From Octopus vulgaris (lineage: Eukaryota), in NCBI GenBank assembly GCA_951406725.2, contig OX597816.1, positions 21,824,001 to 21,888,000 on the forward strand: DNA of 64,000 nucleotides, in the 5' to 3' direction. The notes beneath the pieces are model-generated. The model was not told where the DNA came from. It saw only the letters and a program-made list of their open reading frames with translations, and searched no databases. Position numbers and translations under genes: made by a program. The number at the start of each line of letters is the position of its first letter. Positions within the stretch are counted from its first letter, which is position 1. This document shows, piece after piece, positions 1-13,107 of the stretch.

Positions 1-649
1 GTTAAAGAATTCATGTTCTTTGGGTCTATAAATAGCTACGGTAGATGGTGGAGACAAAGGACGTTAATGGTCAGTAAAAGGTCAAACCTGTTTACGTTTA
101 GTTATTTATTTATTTATTTATTTTTTCCTTTCTCTTTTCTTCTTCACCACATGCATATGTATATGTATATATATGTATATTCACTCACACATATCTGATG
201 TTTTCGTCGAAGATTTTTTTCTCTCTTTTTAAATAACTTTCTGAGTTCAATGTTATGTATATATTTTTAAATTTCTGAATTCAGTTGTATGTATATAGTA
301 GTAGGTGCTTAATTCCATAACTTTTTATCGTGCATTTAATTGTGTTGTTACAATAAAAGGTAATTTAAAAGGCAATTTTACACATTCTTATAGTCATGAG
401 AGACGACTAAATGTAAATGTTCACACAGAATTGGAGATATTTATGTTTCTAATTTTTCTTGTTAGGTGTACGTTTGTATGAGCTGTAGATATGTAAGTTT
501 TTTTTTTCTTATTTTGAGGGTAATTCAAATTACTTACAGTAAACAGTAGATCTTCCAGTTTTCTACAGTTGACCTGCTGGGTTCGCTGTTACCAGTTCAG
601 AGCATCGTAAAAATACGTCCATCCTCTGTCACGTCCAGCCGCCTTCCTC

Positions 650-683
<34 letters not shown>

Positions 684-699
684 GTTGTTGTTATTATTA

Positions 700-737
700 T
701 TCCGAGTTAAGATTCCGAATTCGATTCCAGGCATTGA

Positions 738-790
<53 letters not shown>

Positions 791-960
791 TCGAAAAATA
801 CCTTAGGAATGAGAAGCCAGGTTCGAAATTTCCCCAAGACACCTGATAAAGGCTGGAGGGTATATAAGCCGAAACGTTGTTAACAATAAACAAGATGAGG
901 ACAAATATCCGTCAAATGTAAATAATGCACATAATTTCTCATCTCTTAAATACAGAACTA
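700..960 (+). mobile_element. Penelope-like pLTR remnant, family 1, with internal (AAT)n and minimal hammerhead motif
   Basis: acac-CTGATAA-a-GGCT..AGCC-GAAAC-GTT-gt at about 839-880; near-identical second copy at 29780-30030. Confidence 0.65.
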
Positions 961-1315
961 TAAAACTGAGCAAAATGAAATGACTTCGCGAGATCAGTAT
1001 TTGAGCAACATAGATGAATGCAGGTATATAAAATAACAACGTAAATTCTTGATTTCTTAAAGTTACCTGCGCCTCTAGGTCATGTATCAAAATTATCAAA
1101 TGATATTTGAGCTCAGCTCTACATGAGAAGAGGCGATAATATCAAGATGCGGTCATTCTCCAGAATTGTGATGTCATTAACGAAAAGGCCATCACTATTG
1201 TCAGAGTATCAGACGACAGTTGTGAATGTGCGTTTCTGACTCGACAGTTCGATAGTTTTCCGACTTTATAAACAACTTAGACTTATAGAAAAGAAAAAGA
1301 GTCGAAAATATGTAT

Positions 1316-1577
1316 AATAAGTAAATAAATGCGCCCTTAAAAGCCTAGTCAGGCTCATGGACCCGGTTTCCTGGTTTCTATGGCGTATGTGTTCCCCAGT
1401 AGGATGGGACGCCAATCCATCGCACCGTTACTCAATTTTGCCAGCTGAGTGGACTGAAGCAACGTGGAATGAAGTGCTTTGCTGGAGAACACAACGCGTC
1501 ACCCGGTCCAAGAATCGAAACCACAATCTTACGATCTTGATGCCGACACTCTAACCACTAAGCTACGCGCCTCCACA
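1316..1577 (-). mobile_element. tRNA-derived SINE with CORE-like central domain (tail type T1)
   Basis: tRNA-like head gtggaggcgcgtagcttagtggttag..ggtttcgattc on minus; 12-bp TSD gaaaatatgtat at 1304-1315 and 1578-1589. Confidence 0.85.
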
Positions 1578-2289
1578 GAAAATATGTATGGCCTAAGTAT
1601 TTGGCATTAATTAAACAAAAATTAGCTCTGAGATATAACTCAGGGAGGCCAGTGATTCATCTTTATTTCCCTCGAAAATTAAAAAAAACCCAGAAAACTT
1701 AAACGTTTGCTTAAGGTTTATTTTGTAAATGGCATCCCCCATCTACATCACCTAGCCACAAGTTTTAGTTGTCCAACTGGCGTTACACAAAATGACCACA
1801 TATTATTATTAACATTTTATCATTTTCTTCGAGTCTGTTTACAATGAATTTAACATCAGGAGCACTTAATTCATATCCACAATCATTGCTTGCACCAATA
1901 TTTAATGAGAATGAACGACTATGAATGTGCACTTTCACTATGAAGTTAAGCCTAACTGTGCGAATGTGGATACGTGTAATTATATGTGAGTGAGCATCTT
2001 TCTGTAATGTACGTCCGAGATTAACGATACATCGGCGAGAAAAATCGATAGACGAGTAGATTTCAACAAAGAATATTTTTTTCTGTTCTTCTATTCGATT
2101 CTCACAGATAATAAAAGTTTGGTCGCTTTCACTTAACCCGTTGGAAAACTGCAACGAGCAATGTTCAATAAACGAGATAGAAATATAAAAAAATACTGTA
2201 AAAATCCCCGGGCACAATATTCAGGTTTTGTTCTTTACTTTTTGTTTCTCTGAGATTCGAGAATGATATATCACTTCCAGCAGCTAATG

Positions 2290-2465
2290 GTTGCAGGCCA
2301 GCAATTTTGAGGGAAATGGGTTAGTCCATACCATCGACCCTAGTACGTGAGTGTGGGTAATAGTATCAACCCCAGAGAAATTAAAGACGAAAATGACCCC
2401 GGAAGGAACTGAACGTTGGACACAAAACATTTTGTCCGATGCTCTAACGGTTCTGCCAACTCGCT
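2290..2465 (-). mobile_element. SINE family B, degraded
   Basis: Diverged similarity to the other family B copies (atcgacccc, ttctgcca). Confidence 0.55.
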
Positions 2466-2525
2466 GAAGTTTTGTTTGTAGATAATGAGCCCAACATGAG
2501 ACATCATTCTATTCACATATGTAAA

Positions 2526-2737
2526 GGCGGCGAACTGGCAGAATCATTAGAGCGCAGTTTAAGATGCTTATTGGTATTTCTTCCGGCTCTCAACGTAGCT
2601 ACTCTCTGAGTAGCCACCGAGGTTGACACAGCCTTTAATCTTTTTGAGGTCGATAAATACGTACCAGGTGAGTACTGGAGTCGATCTATTCGATCTGTCT
2701 CCTTTCAAAATTGCTGGCGGTCTGCCAAAATTACGTT
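2526..2737 (+). mobile_element. SINE family B
   Basis: Head ggcggcgaactggcagaa, body gaggttgac..gtcgataaa..gtaccag..ctggagtcgat. Confidence 0.75.
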
Positions 2738-2821
2738 CACATATGTAACATACTAGAGCCAAAATGTTTAAATAGACTGTATCACAAGTTGGAGCTTCAA
2801 AATATAAACATAATATGATAA

Positions 2822-3059
2822 AGGTCCTTCTCGAGTCATATGGTCTCATAAAGTCGGTTTCCTGGTTTGTGTGACATATATGTTTCCCCACTTGACAGGA
2901 CACCGGTCCGTCGCAGGATGAATCATTTTTGCCAGCTTAGTGAACTGAGGCAATGTGATATGAAGTGTTTTGCTCAAGAACACAACGGTTCAGGGATTGA
3001 AACCACAATCTTACGATCATGAGTCCACCATCCCTAATCACTAAGCCACACGATTCCAC
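2822..3059 (-). mobile_element. CORE-like tRNA SINE (tail T1)
   Basis: Colinear with the 1316-1577 copy. Confidence 0.75.
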
Positions 3060-4166
3060 TGAAGCTTTAGAAACACATAGAACAGTTAAAACTAAGCTGG
3101 AGGTTGAAACTAAGGGCAGCGTTATAACGACTCAATCATTCAGCATTAAATAAGATAGCAGTGAGCCTTACCATCTATGTTAGTTAGTTAGTTAGTTACT
3201 GCTTGGTGAAAAAATGTTGGCATAATTATATAAGCCTGTATACGATTCGTTCCTAGTTCGGTTTGATATAGCTGGCTGTTAGTCGCGAACAAGTTTGGCT
3301 TCGTTAGATACGCAATGCTTTCGCTAGATATTTTAGGGTCCTGCATAGTTGTGATCAGACATATATACCCTCTCCTGTCTACATCAATACTGTTACAGCT
3401 TAACACCCAGGAGATGACAGCTAGTGGAATAAACGGCTGCAACAAAAAGCGGCTGATACTCTTTTACCGCTGTGTAGACTGAGAAAATTTGAAATTAAGT
3501 ACATCAAAGACTTAGTCACCGTTCGCCGCAAGATATCTTTATTCAATATTCCCACGTATGATAAGTTAAACATATCTATAATACATTAAAAGTCAGCTTG
3601 AATCTTGCTTGCTTGCAATGTTACCCAGCCAAATTGGCGCATAATGGGAAAATACTATGAATTAAAAATATTAACTTTCTAAATATCTCATAGAGATATA
3701 CTATGAATTAAGTATCCCTGAAATGTAAATACGAACGGAATGAATTAAATTTCGCGTAAATCGAGTAAATAGCTGTGGAGAAATTAGGGATTTTTGAGGT
3801 TTAAATAACCAAAACGGTGCACAATGGGAAAAGTTTCCGAAATTAACTTAATCCTGGAAGCAAAGAAACTCTTACCTTTCTATTAGACACGCTGGCTTAA
3901 CAACGAAAAAAATACAATTCGTGTTTTCACAGTAAATGTTTCTATTTTCACTTTTGTTAAACACAATATTTTAATCATTTAGAAATATTTCTAAGTGAAT
4001 GTGATTTCAAGAATGTAAGTTGTTTGTGCAATAAGTATTTACGTTTTTGCTTTCTTTAAAAGACAATATTTTAATGTTTTTTTAAATTATTTTCAAGTGG
4101 ATACCATTACAAAAATGTTTTTGCATATCAAAAAAATTTTTTAACGTGAAAATGACTCGTATCCAA

Positions 4167-4281
4167 AGATTTGGCTGCTATTTCTAGCACGCCCTGCTAC
4201 CACGTAACAATTATTTGTGATAAAGGAACCGAAATGCCTGTTACGTAGTATCAGAGCGTGCAAGAAATAGCAGCCATATCT
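4167..4281. repeat. Imperfect inverted repeat, about 43-bp arms (MITE-like)
   Basis: agatttggctgctatttctagcacgc..tgctaccacgtaaca pairs with tgttacgtagtatca..gcgtgcaagaaatagcagccatatct. Confidence 0.7.
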
Positions 4282-4515
4282 TTCCTTTTCTGGGGAAAAG
4301 AGATGTTTGCGCGTGACTTCGATGTCACATTCGTTGAAAGCCAGTGAAATAACCTGCAAAAGAAAAAGAAAAAAAACACGAAACAAAACTCCGTTGCTGG
4401 GGAACTCAGACTTTCCCCCTGACCCAATAGGTCACGGATAGTCCAATATATTTATAAAGCCGCTGTCATTGTCATTTCATGCGTACACTTAATGCACGTG
4501 TAGACAGACGCCTCC

Positions 4516-4550
<35 letters not shown>

Positions 4551-4778
4551 ATTTTAAGAAGCCCACAAAGAAATACACGTAAATTATGTTTAGATATTTC
4601 GTATGATATAGGTTTCAGCAGTGAAAATCAATTTCAGCCTATGTTTAGTACTAAGAAAAGACAAGGTCCTGTCAAACATTTCACAACGTATCTTCCAACA
4701 CCTAGACACACATAATTCTTTTAGATACGGTACTACGCACCCAGGTACTCTAAATCATGCCATTTATCTCAATTTCAT

Positions 4779-5206
4779 CATGATTTATCATTGTTCGACC
4801 GTGGTCGAGACAATGGAATTTACTATGTTACACCAGATTTCACGGTCCATCATAGCATTACGGAGGTCCCGTTGCTGAATGCTTGGATCCCTAGAGATTA
4901 CATCAGGGTAGGAGAATGTGTGCCCTCTGGTATCGCGAGTAGATGGCTTCCAGAGGAGAACAGTAGAAATTACCTCGTTTTCAGCTCAACAACAATGTCC
5001 AGCAAACTGAACTCTTCTACCTTTCACAAGAGATGATACAGATGGTAACTTCCCATATATTTGTACTTTGGTTGGATGACGCTTCCACGAGAGATTTTTT
5101 CATCAAATCTTCAAAGCCACAGTCAAACCAATTCTACTATATGGCTCAGAAACCTGGACGTTATCAAAGAAGCTTGAGAGGCGATTGGATGGAACTTACA
5201 CTCGCC
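4779..5206 (-). mobile_element. 5'-truncated RTE-clade LINE with inverted 5' segment
   Basis: Minus strand 5096 to 4790 reads NLSWKRHPTKVQIYGKLP..RRVQFAGHC..DREIW; plus strand 5102-5205 reads IFKATVKPILLYGSETWTLSKKLERRLDGTYTR; candidate TSD c(a/g)atttcat. Confidence 0.85.
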
Positions 5207-5914
5207 CGATTTCATATTGTATCCTTATGATAGATAAGTCTTCTCCCATTCAAAGATCACGTGATATATACAGCAAGAAAATACACCTATAAATTAAAGT
5301 AGTAGAAATAACTGAAATTTTCAAGTGGAAATTTTTTCATCAAATTCTATTCTCATGCGTTTTTATTTTCTTTTATTTATTTCTTTATTTATTGCTATCA
5401 GAAACTATAAGTAATTTAAAATGTGTTGCTCAATTAAGCACGTAAATATATTTCTTTAAAAAATAGTTATGAATCTATTTCTGGTAAATTATCTCTTACA
5501 GTACAAGTCGTCGTATAATGGTCGCTGGACATTATCAATGAACAAGATTTAAAAACTTATACTAAACTTGCATTCAATTTCCGTTCCTTTCATTCTGCTT
5601 GCATCAAACATTTCCGCACTGCTCTACAAGTCTATGTTATCTGATCACCTGTCGATCCCGTTGCTTTCTGATAATCGGGAATGTATTGTGTTCATATATT
5701 GGGTATAATCAATATGCAGTAATTACATATTGATTTTTTTTTTCGTATTTGTGGTTTGTTTTTGTTGTTTTCTTTTGCTTTTTTTTGACAACGGTTTTGC
5801 ATGATTGAGCAGAAATTTGACGGAAGGCTGTCTAGCTGTCAAAATCTGAATGTTTTTGTTGTTCTTTCGGGTGAAGTATATCGTACAATATATTATATAA
5901 TCTTTTATCTTGTA

Positions 5915-6470
5915 CATGGTTCAGTAATTAGACTGCTGCCTGGCTGGGATATCACTTTGAATGATATTTAGTCGAGCGAATTGATCCTTGTACCAATTTC
6001 TTTAATTTAAGCCTGGTAATTATACTATCGATCGCTTATTTCCGAACCACTAAGTTACAGGGACGTAAACACACCAGTACCGGCTGTCAAGTGGTGGTGG
6101 CGAGGAAACACACACACGCGCAAATACACATACACGCAGACACACACATCCCTCCCGGTTTATTTCTGTGTTCCTTTCTGTCGAAGAGTATAAGCTCGAA
6201 ACGTAAAGACTCTCACTTCACAAGCGTTAAACTAATACATCTGTTTGTTGTTTACACTACCGTCTTTGTCTTTTGTTTTCTTTGTAAATTCTCACTATAT
6301 ATATATATACGGTGAGCTTCTTGCAGTTTCCGTCGACCAAATCTACACACAAGGCTTTGGAAAGGAACTCAGGCTATTGTACTAGACTCTTCCTCCAGGT
6401 GTCACGCAGTCGAACTGAAACCGGAACGATGTGATTGAGAAATAATCTTCTTACCAAATCACGTACTTTT
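5915..6470 (-). mobile_element. SINE family A, degraded, interrupted by a pLTR remnant
   Basis: Matches family A 3' half (ccgaaccactaagttacagggacgtaaacacacc) and 5' half (cagtttccgtc..aaggctttgg). Confidence 0.7.
6150..6297 (+). mobile_element. Penelope-like pLTR remnant, family 3, hammerhead-like motif
   Basis: ttt-CTGTCGA-a-GAG..CTC-GAAAC-GTA-aa; homologues at 59570-59650 (+) and 60099-60250 (-). Confidence 0.6.
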
Positions 6471-6539
6471 CTTTGAAAATGGCGAGGCTGACAGTTTGAG
6501 GGATATATTATTACAATTTTTAAAATAATAATGAGGGTA

Positions 6540-6946
<407 letters not shown>

Positions 6947-7624
6947 TCCAAAATCAAGCAGTAGGGGTGGAGAGAGAAGAGGGAAAATAATAATTCAGAG
7001 AAGGAAGAGTAGTGACGGTAATAGCCATGACTGAGAGTGAGTGAGAGAAAACAATAGCAATGCGAGAGAGGAAGCGGCAAAGTGAGCATCATTCTCTTCT
7101 ACTATAATAATCTAATATAAAAATACTCTTACATATTTCTCCGTCACAATATATGAGTGAGAAAGTAATACGATGGTGAAAATCCAAAGGTGAAAATAAA
7201 ATCAAACAGCGCTTCAACCGTGTGTGAGTATATGTGTGTGCGTGTAGAAAGGAGGAATGGGAATGCTTGTGTGTGTGTGTGTGTTTGTGTAAAATATATT
7301 TATATATTTGTGTGAGTGTATATGTGTTTGTGTATGTTTATATGTTTATTTAGAAATATTCATATAAAATAGAACTACAGATACGCGCATTTATACACAC
7401 ACACACGCACATGTATATATATATATATTTATTCCAAGGAATCTAATGCGCTACGCTTAGATTTCCATTAGGGCTGCCCAGATCGGAGCAATCAGAGAAT
7501 CAAGATTAATCAGCCGATATTGCGAAGATGGTCTGGTTCTTGACTGATGATTGAGGGCTCCGTGATTTTTTGTGTCGTCTTCTAAATGTTTCACGTTCTT
7601 GTCCCAGTTTGTATATTTTTTTAC

Positions 7625-7696
<72 letters not shown>

Positions 7697-9618
7697 CCGT
7701 ACTTTTTAGCGGCTGGCGTACGTTTACGTTCGCTGTCGTGTGCTATATCTCTTGAGGTGCCCGCGCTCGCCGTCCCGTGCATTATCTTAGCTATTTTAGG
7801 TTACATTAAGTCATGAGACTAGCAGTAGACCAGTGACATGCGGATACTTAACATGCATAATACCGTGTTTTGATTTGTAGCACACGCAAGTTATTTTCTG
7901 AACTTGAGCAGAAAAAACTCGTGCATATCATATTAGGATAAATGGCTTCACATAGTTCGTTTTCATAAACCGGTAGACGTAAATGTATGACGCTATGTTA
8001 TTGTAACGGTGAACGTAAATAGACGCGAGGTCGTTGGCACTTGTGTGTTTGTGTGGCCTCATTAGATAAAAAAAAAAAAACAGGAGCAGTGTCTCACATG
8101 CTTAGGGTAATACCGGCGTCAAGTGGTTAAGTTCTGGTTCAGCACAGGGCTCGATGTAATCGACTTAACTCTCTCCCCGAAATTCCTGCCCTTGTGGAAA
8201 AATTTGTACTCAATATACTTTCATAAAATTCAATGCAACGATTGATCTAAAGTGTCTATGTCTGAAAGAGAAGAAATCAAAGAAAATATCGCTCTCCCTC
8301 GGGGGTTGAGGGCAAGTAAATATTTCTAAATTGCTTGTTATGAACTGCATTCTCTGGAACAGTACTTCGTAATTTCTTTGACTTGGTGACGCTTCGTAGA
8401 TCAAATTTAAGAAGAAAAAAAAGTATTAAAACACTGAAAATCAAATACAAAAATATATTGACACACTTGACATGAAAAGCAATTCGAAATTATTTTAAAT
8501 TAAGAAACAATAATTTAGTAAATTGTTGTATTATAAAATCCTGAATAAAAATAATTTTGTCACTTGTATCGTAAATTTGAAGACACCGATTAACAAATTT
8601 GGGTTTTAACGTGCGTGTTTCAGCGTATTTGTGTGTGGGGAGGGTGTCCGAGTTTGTGCGTGTGTGTGTGTGTGAGTGCGTGTGTACGTGCCTATGTGTG
8701 TGCTTATATTTAAAGTCCTCTTATATGTGTTTTCCTAGCAACTTGCACGCGTGCGAAATCTACTCATTTCAAATCGTTAAGTGAATGGGTTTCCAGTCAA
8801 CTGCGCCCGTAGTTTGCTCATCGTTCTTTGATCAAAATTCCAGCTTATTATGCGAGTTTTATTTTCGTGAGAAAGTCGTTCGTTATTGAACTTTTCGTTT
8901 AGAGAAGTATTTCTATATGGGTACAATACTGAAGTTTTAGAAAAGTAATTATGAGAATACTTAATTACACATCTCTCGAAAGGGAACTTATAACTCATGT
9001 ATCTGGATTTACAAAGCCCAGTTTCAACCGCAATGGAAGCAATGACACCTGCTTCATGAAATGCCTATTTTCCCGCATGTTAACTATAGTTAACATCATA
9101 TCGTCCCATTATCTGTTAGAGAGAGCCGTTAAACGTCGCTAAAATCTCATCTTACTGTATTCAGAAAAGAATTAGATTATGCGTCTGAATATACTACTAA
9201 GACATATAATAAGTTCGCCAACGGAATGCATTCGGTTGAATATTTCTTTCATTCCTTCATTACACTCTTCGCTCCCAATAGAAATTAGGCTCTCGTCTTT
9301 ATTTTCGGTTGCATTTTCTTCTCCGAGTTGGGATTGATTTTGATTTGCCACCGATGATCGTGCAACTTTGCAAGTTTTCTAGGAAGGGTTGTTGGCCCTA
9401 TTCAGATTCATGATTATCTCCGGGAAAGGTGATCAGTATGAGTCTCACCTCTCTCCTCTGATCTTCCCGCATGGCGGGGTGTCCTATTCAGTAGTGTTGT
9501 TAATTGAGGAGCAAGGAAAGTCACTGTTCCCCATAGGCGTATTTTTTTAAAAATTGGCGCATTTTCAAAGATTTTTTAAGCTTTAGTTCACTCGTTCGAT
9601 AACGGTCGAACCGCTCTC

Positions 9619-10330
9619 GGAAATTTACCTTTAGACCGGCAGATTTAAAAAATAAATAATACTATAATAAGATTTTCAAACTTCAGATACTGGTAGAATG
9701 TGTCATATAAACGATCTTTTACTCATAGCATTTTTGAGGAAAACTTATATTTACGAAGTTATTTCACGTGAAAGTTCTCATATTTCGGTAATTTCAAGCA
9801 ATCAATGACGTATTCATCTGAATAAAATTACTGCCATTGTTTGTCAACAACAACTATCGGCGGTGTATTTTTCGTTTGTCACTGTTATTTATGGCATCGT
9901 TAGTACGTTTGTACTGGTTTTAAGGTTTTAGGATTAGGGTTTTAGGGTTAGGATTTTAGGGTTAAGGTTAGGGTTTTAAGTTTGCGGTTAGCGTTAAGGT
10001 TTTAGGGTTAGGGTTGGGGTTTAGGGTTGGGGTTTTAAGGTTAGGGTTAAGGTATTAGGGTTAGGGTTGGCATAAATAACAGTGACAAATGAAATACACC
10101 CCGCCGGAAGTTCTTGTTGACAAACAATAGCAGTAATTTTATTCGGCTGAATACACGTCATTGATTGATTGAAATTACCGAAATACGAGAACTTTAACAT
10201 GAAATAACTTCGTAAATATAAGTTTTTCTCAAAAATGCTAAAAGTAAAAGATATTTTATATGACACATTCTACCAGTGTCCGAAGTATTTAAGTGTTTTT
10301 TTAAATCTGTAGGTCAAAAGGTAAAGATTC
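9619..10330. mobile_element. Foldback non-autonomous DNA transposon with about 280-bp TIRs around a degenerate (TTAGGG)n core
   Basis: 9619-9896 is the reverse complement of about 10068-10330; direct repeat ccgctctc at 9611-9618 and 10331-10338. Confidence 0.8.
9915..10070 (+). repeat. Interstitial telomere-like (TTAGGG/TTAAGG)n tract
   Basis: Many ttaggg units with variants. Confidence 0.85.
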
Positions 10331-10731
10331 CCGCTCTCAATTTTTTTTTTCTTTTTGTTAATCGTATGACCTTGGAAGAACATTTTCGGGTCATTATTTT
10401 ATTTAACCAACATCCATACTTTTATTTATTTTTATTTATTTATTTATTTTTTTTTTCTTCTGAACTGCCTGCTCAATATCTTGTGAGGTGTTAGTGGCAG
10501 CTGATTTCAGAAAAACCAAAAGAAACCCTGACATCGAAACCTCTCGTCGTGATTCCGTGGAGTTTCAACTTTTTCACGTCACATCTATATCAGTAGTTGT
10601 AAGTGTCAAACATTATGATAATTTTTTACAGAAACAGGAAATTAATGAATGTAATACAGGTAATGAAATATTTCGCGTTATATGTGAGAAATGAGTTTAA
10701 AATCGTTTGGTTGTGTCATGGTGCCATTTTT

Positions 10732-11034
10732 GTGGAGGCAAATGGCCTAGTGGTTAGAGAAGCGGACTCGCGGTCAAGGGATCGCGGGTTCGAATCTCAG
10801 ACCTGGCGATGTGTGTGTTTATGAGCGAAAGACCTAAGCTCCACGTGGCTCCGGCAGAAGGTAATGGCGAACTTTTGCTGATTCTTTCGCCATAACTTTC
10901 TCTCAGTCTTTCCTCCTGCATCTTGCAGCTTACCTGCGACGGACCGGCGTCCCGTCCAGGTGGGGGGAACCTATACGCCTAGGAAAACGGGAAACCGGCC
11001 CTAATGAACCAGGCGTGGCTCGAGAGGGAACAAA
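10732..11034 (+). mobile_element. tRNA-derived SINE family C (tail T1)
   Basis: A-box tggcctagtgg, B-box ggttcgaatc; head and centre shared with 25256, 32429 and 55974 copies. Confidence 0.85.
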
Positions 11035-11382
11035 TCCCCAACTTTAGAACCTGGCTACACTACTGTAGTAGGACTCCTACTAGAAGCTTCCGCCCTGCTG
11101 GAAGCTAGCTCTTGGCGGTCAAGCCAGCACACACCAACAACGGCAAATAATTTTCCAGAAAAATTGTACATAGTTCTGTCTAGAAGCAAAAATAAGCAAC
11201 TTTCAGTACAAACAGAGCCACGCACTAGTAAGAAGATATGGTGAAACGTGCACATCTACAGAGATATATCTTAATATTTGCTTGCCTCAAATTGAGTGAA
11301 TCCCCAAATGATTTCGGTTAAAAGGCGGTTTTAAAAGAGGCATAAAAATCATAAAACACAAGGCTAATAAAATAGATATAAA

Positions 11383-11580
<198 letters not shown>

Positions 11581-12141
11581 CCAATGATACAGTAAATAAA
11601 ACACAAAGAAAACAAATAAAATAGGTGAAAAAATAATTGAATGGTGTCGAAAATAAAACAAAAAAATTCATTGAAAAAGAAATAACACTAAAAACAATAG
11701 CTTCAAAGAACTAGCAAAAGGAAAAAAAACTCCAGAAAAGCACGTGTAAAACGAAATAAATAAAAGTAGTTTTTTTAAGAATTTAAAAAAAAAAAAAAAA
11801 AAAAATTATATAAATTGACACAAAAGAAATCTTTCATAAAAGATAACTGTAATTTATTGTTTTCACACTTTCGCCCCCATGGCGTTTGTTAAGCGCACTC
11901 GTACACATAAGCATACTTATACATAGAAACAGCTATTCAGTCATAGAAACGCATAAGATGACGATTTGTGAGTGCGTATGTTAGTGTGTGCAGAATATGG
12001 CGTACTTTACCTCTTATTTACTTTTAACTCGGACAGTTTTCTATGTCTATTGTTCTTTCTCTGCTGGTGTTAGTGAATGTCTCGCTTCGTAACCTTCCCG
12101 CCTTCCCGTCCATAAAAAAATGTGTGCATGCATGGCATGGG

Positions 12142-12144
<3 letters not shown>

Positions 12145-12200
<56 letters not shown>

Positions 12201-12224
12201 TGTGCGCCATTGATTTTGTACGTG

Positions 12225-12273
<49 letters not shown>

Positions 12274-12585
12274 TTATATTGTGTGCCTTTGAGTTGTATG
12301 CGTCTTTAAATGTAAATATATATATATCAGTATGTATATGTATTATATATATATATGTATATAAATATATCTGTTTGTATGTATATATATGTATATATTT
12401 GTATGTATGTATATATATATATATGCATATATATATATATATGTATATATATATGCATATATATATATATATATGTATGTATATGTATATATTTATATAT
12501 ATATGTATGTATATGTATGTATATGTATATATATATATATATGCATGTATATATATATAGGTATACATATATGCATATATATATG

Positions 12586-12640
<55 letters not shown>

Positions 12641-12857
12641 CATATATGCATATATATATACATATATGCATATATATATACGCGGATGGGCAGGACTTTC
12701 GTAGACACTCTGCTACACATAGACACCTTTCAAATATTATTCACTTTTTGTTACCGTTTCATTATCTTTAAATTTTTAATAATTTTATGTGCTTTCAGTC
12801 CGTAGTTACCCTTCCTCTCTCGTTTACATTTCTTTCTGACACCACATCATCTATATG

Positions 12858-12936
<79 letters not shown>

Positions 12937-13000
12937 ACATGTGTGTATATATTTTTGTGTGTGTTTATGTATATATATATATATGTATGTATGCATGCAT
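12145..13000. repeat. Degenerate (TA)n/(TATG)n low-complexity field
   Basis: Direct inspection; includes short unique islands. Confidence 0.9.
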
Positions 13001-13070
13001 ATCACCAATGCGATTTTTGATTCTTTTATAGCTCTTAGTCCCGCTAAATCTTTGCTTTATTTTTCTCACA

Positions 13071-13107
<37 letters not shown>

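Noticed and set aside
7540-7600. CTGATGA as a hammerhead core
   Set aside because: No downstream stem II plus GAAA found
7716-8028. Imperfect 21-bp inverted repeat suggesting a MITE
   Set aside because: Too degenerate and no TSD identified
9915-10070. Possible true telomere or chromosome fusion site
   Set aside because: Short, degenerate, single orientation and enclosed by TIRs with a TSD
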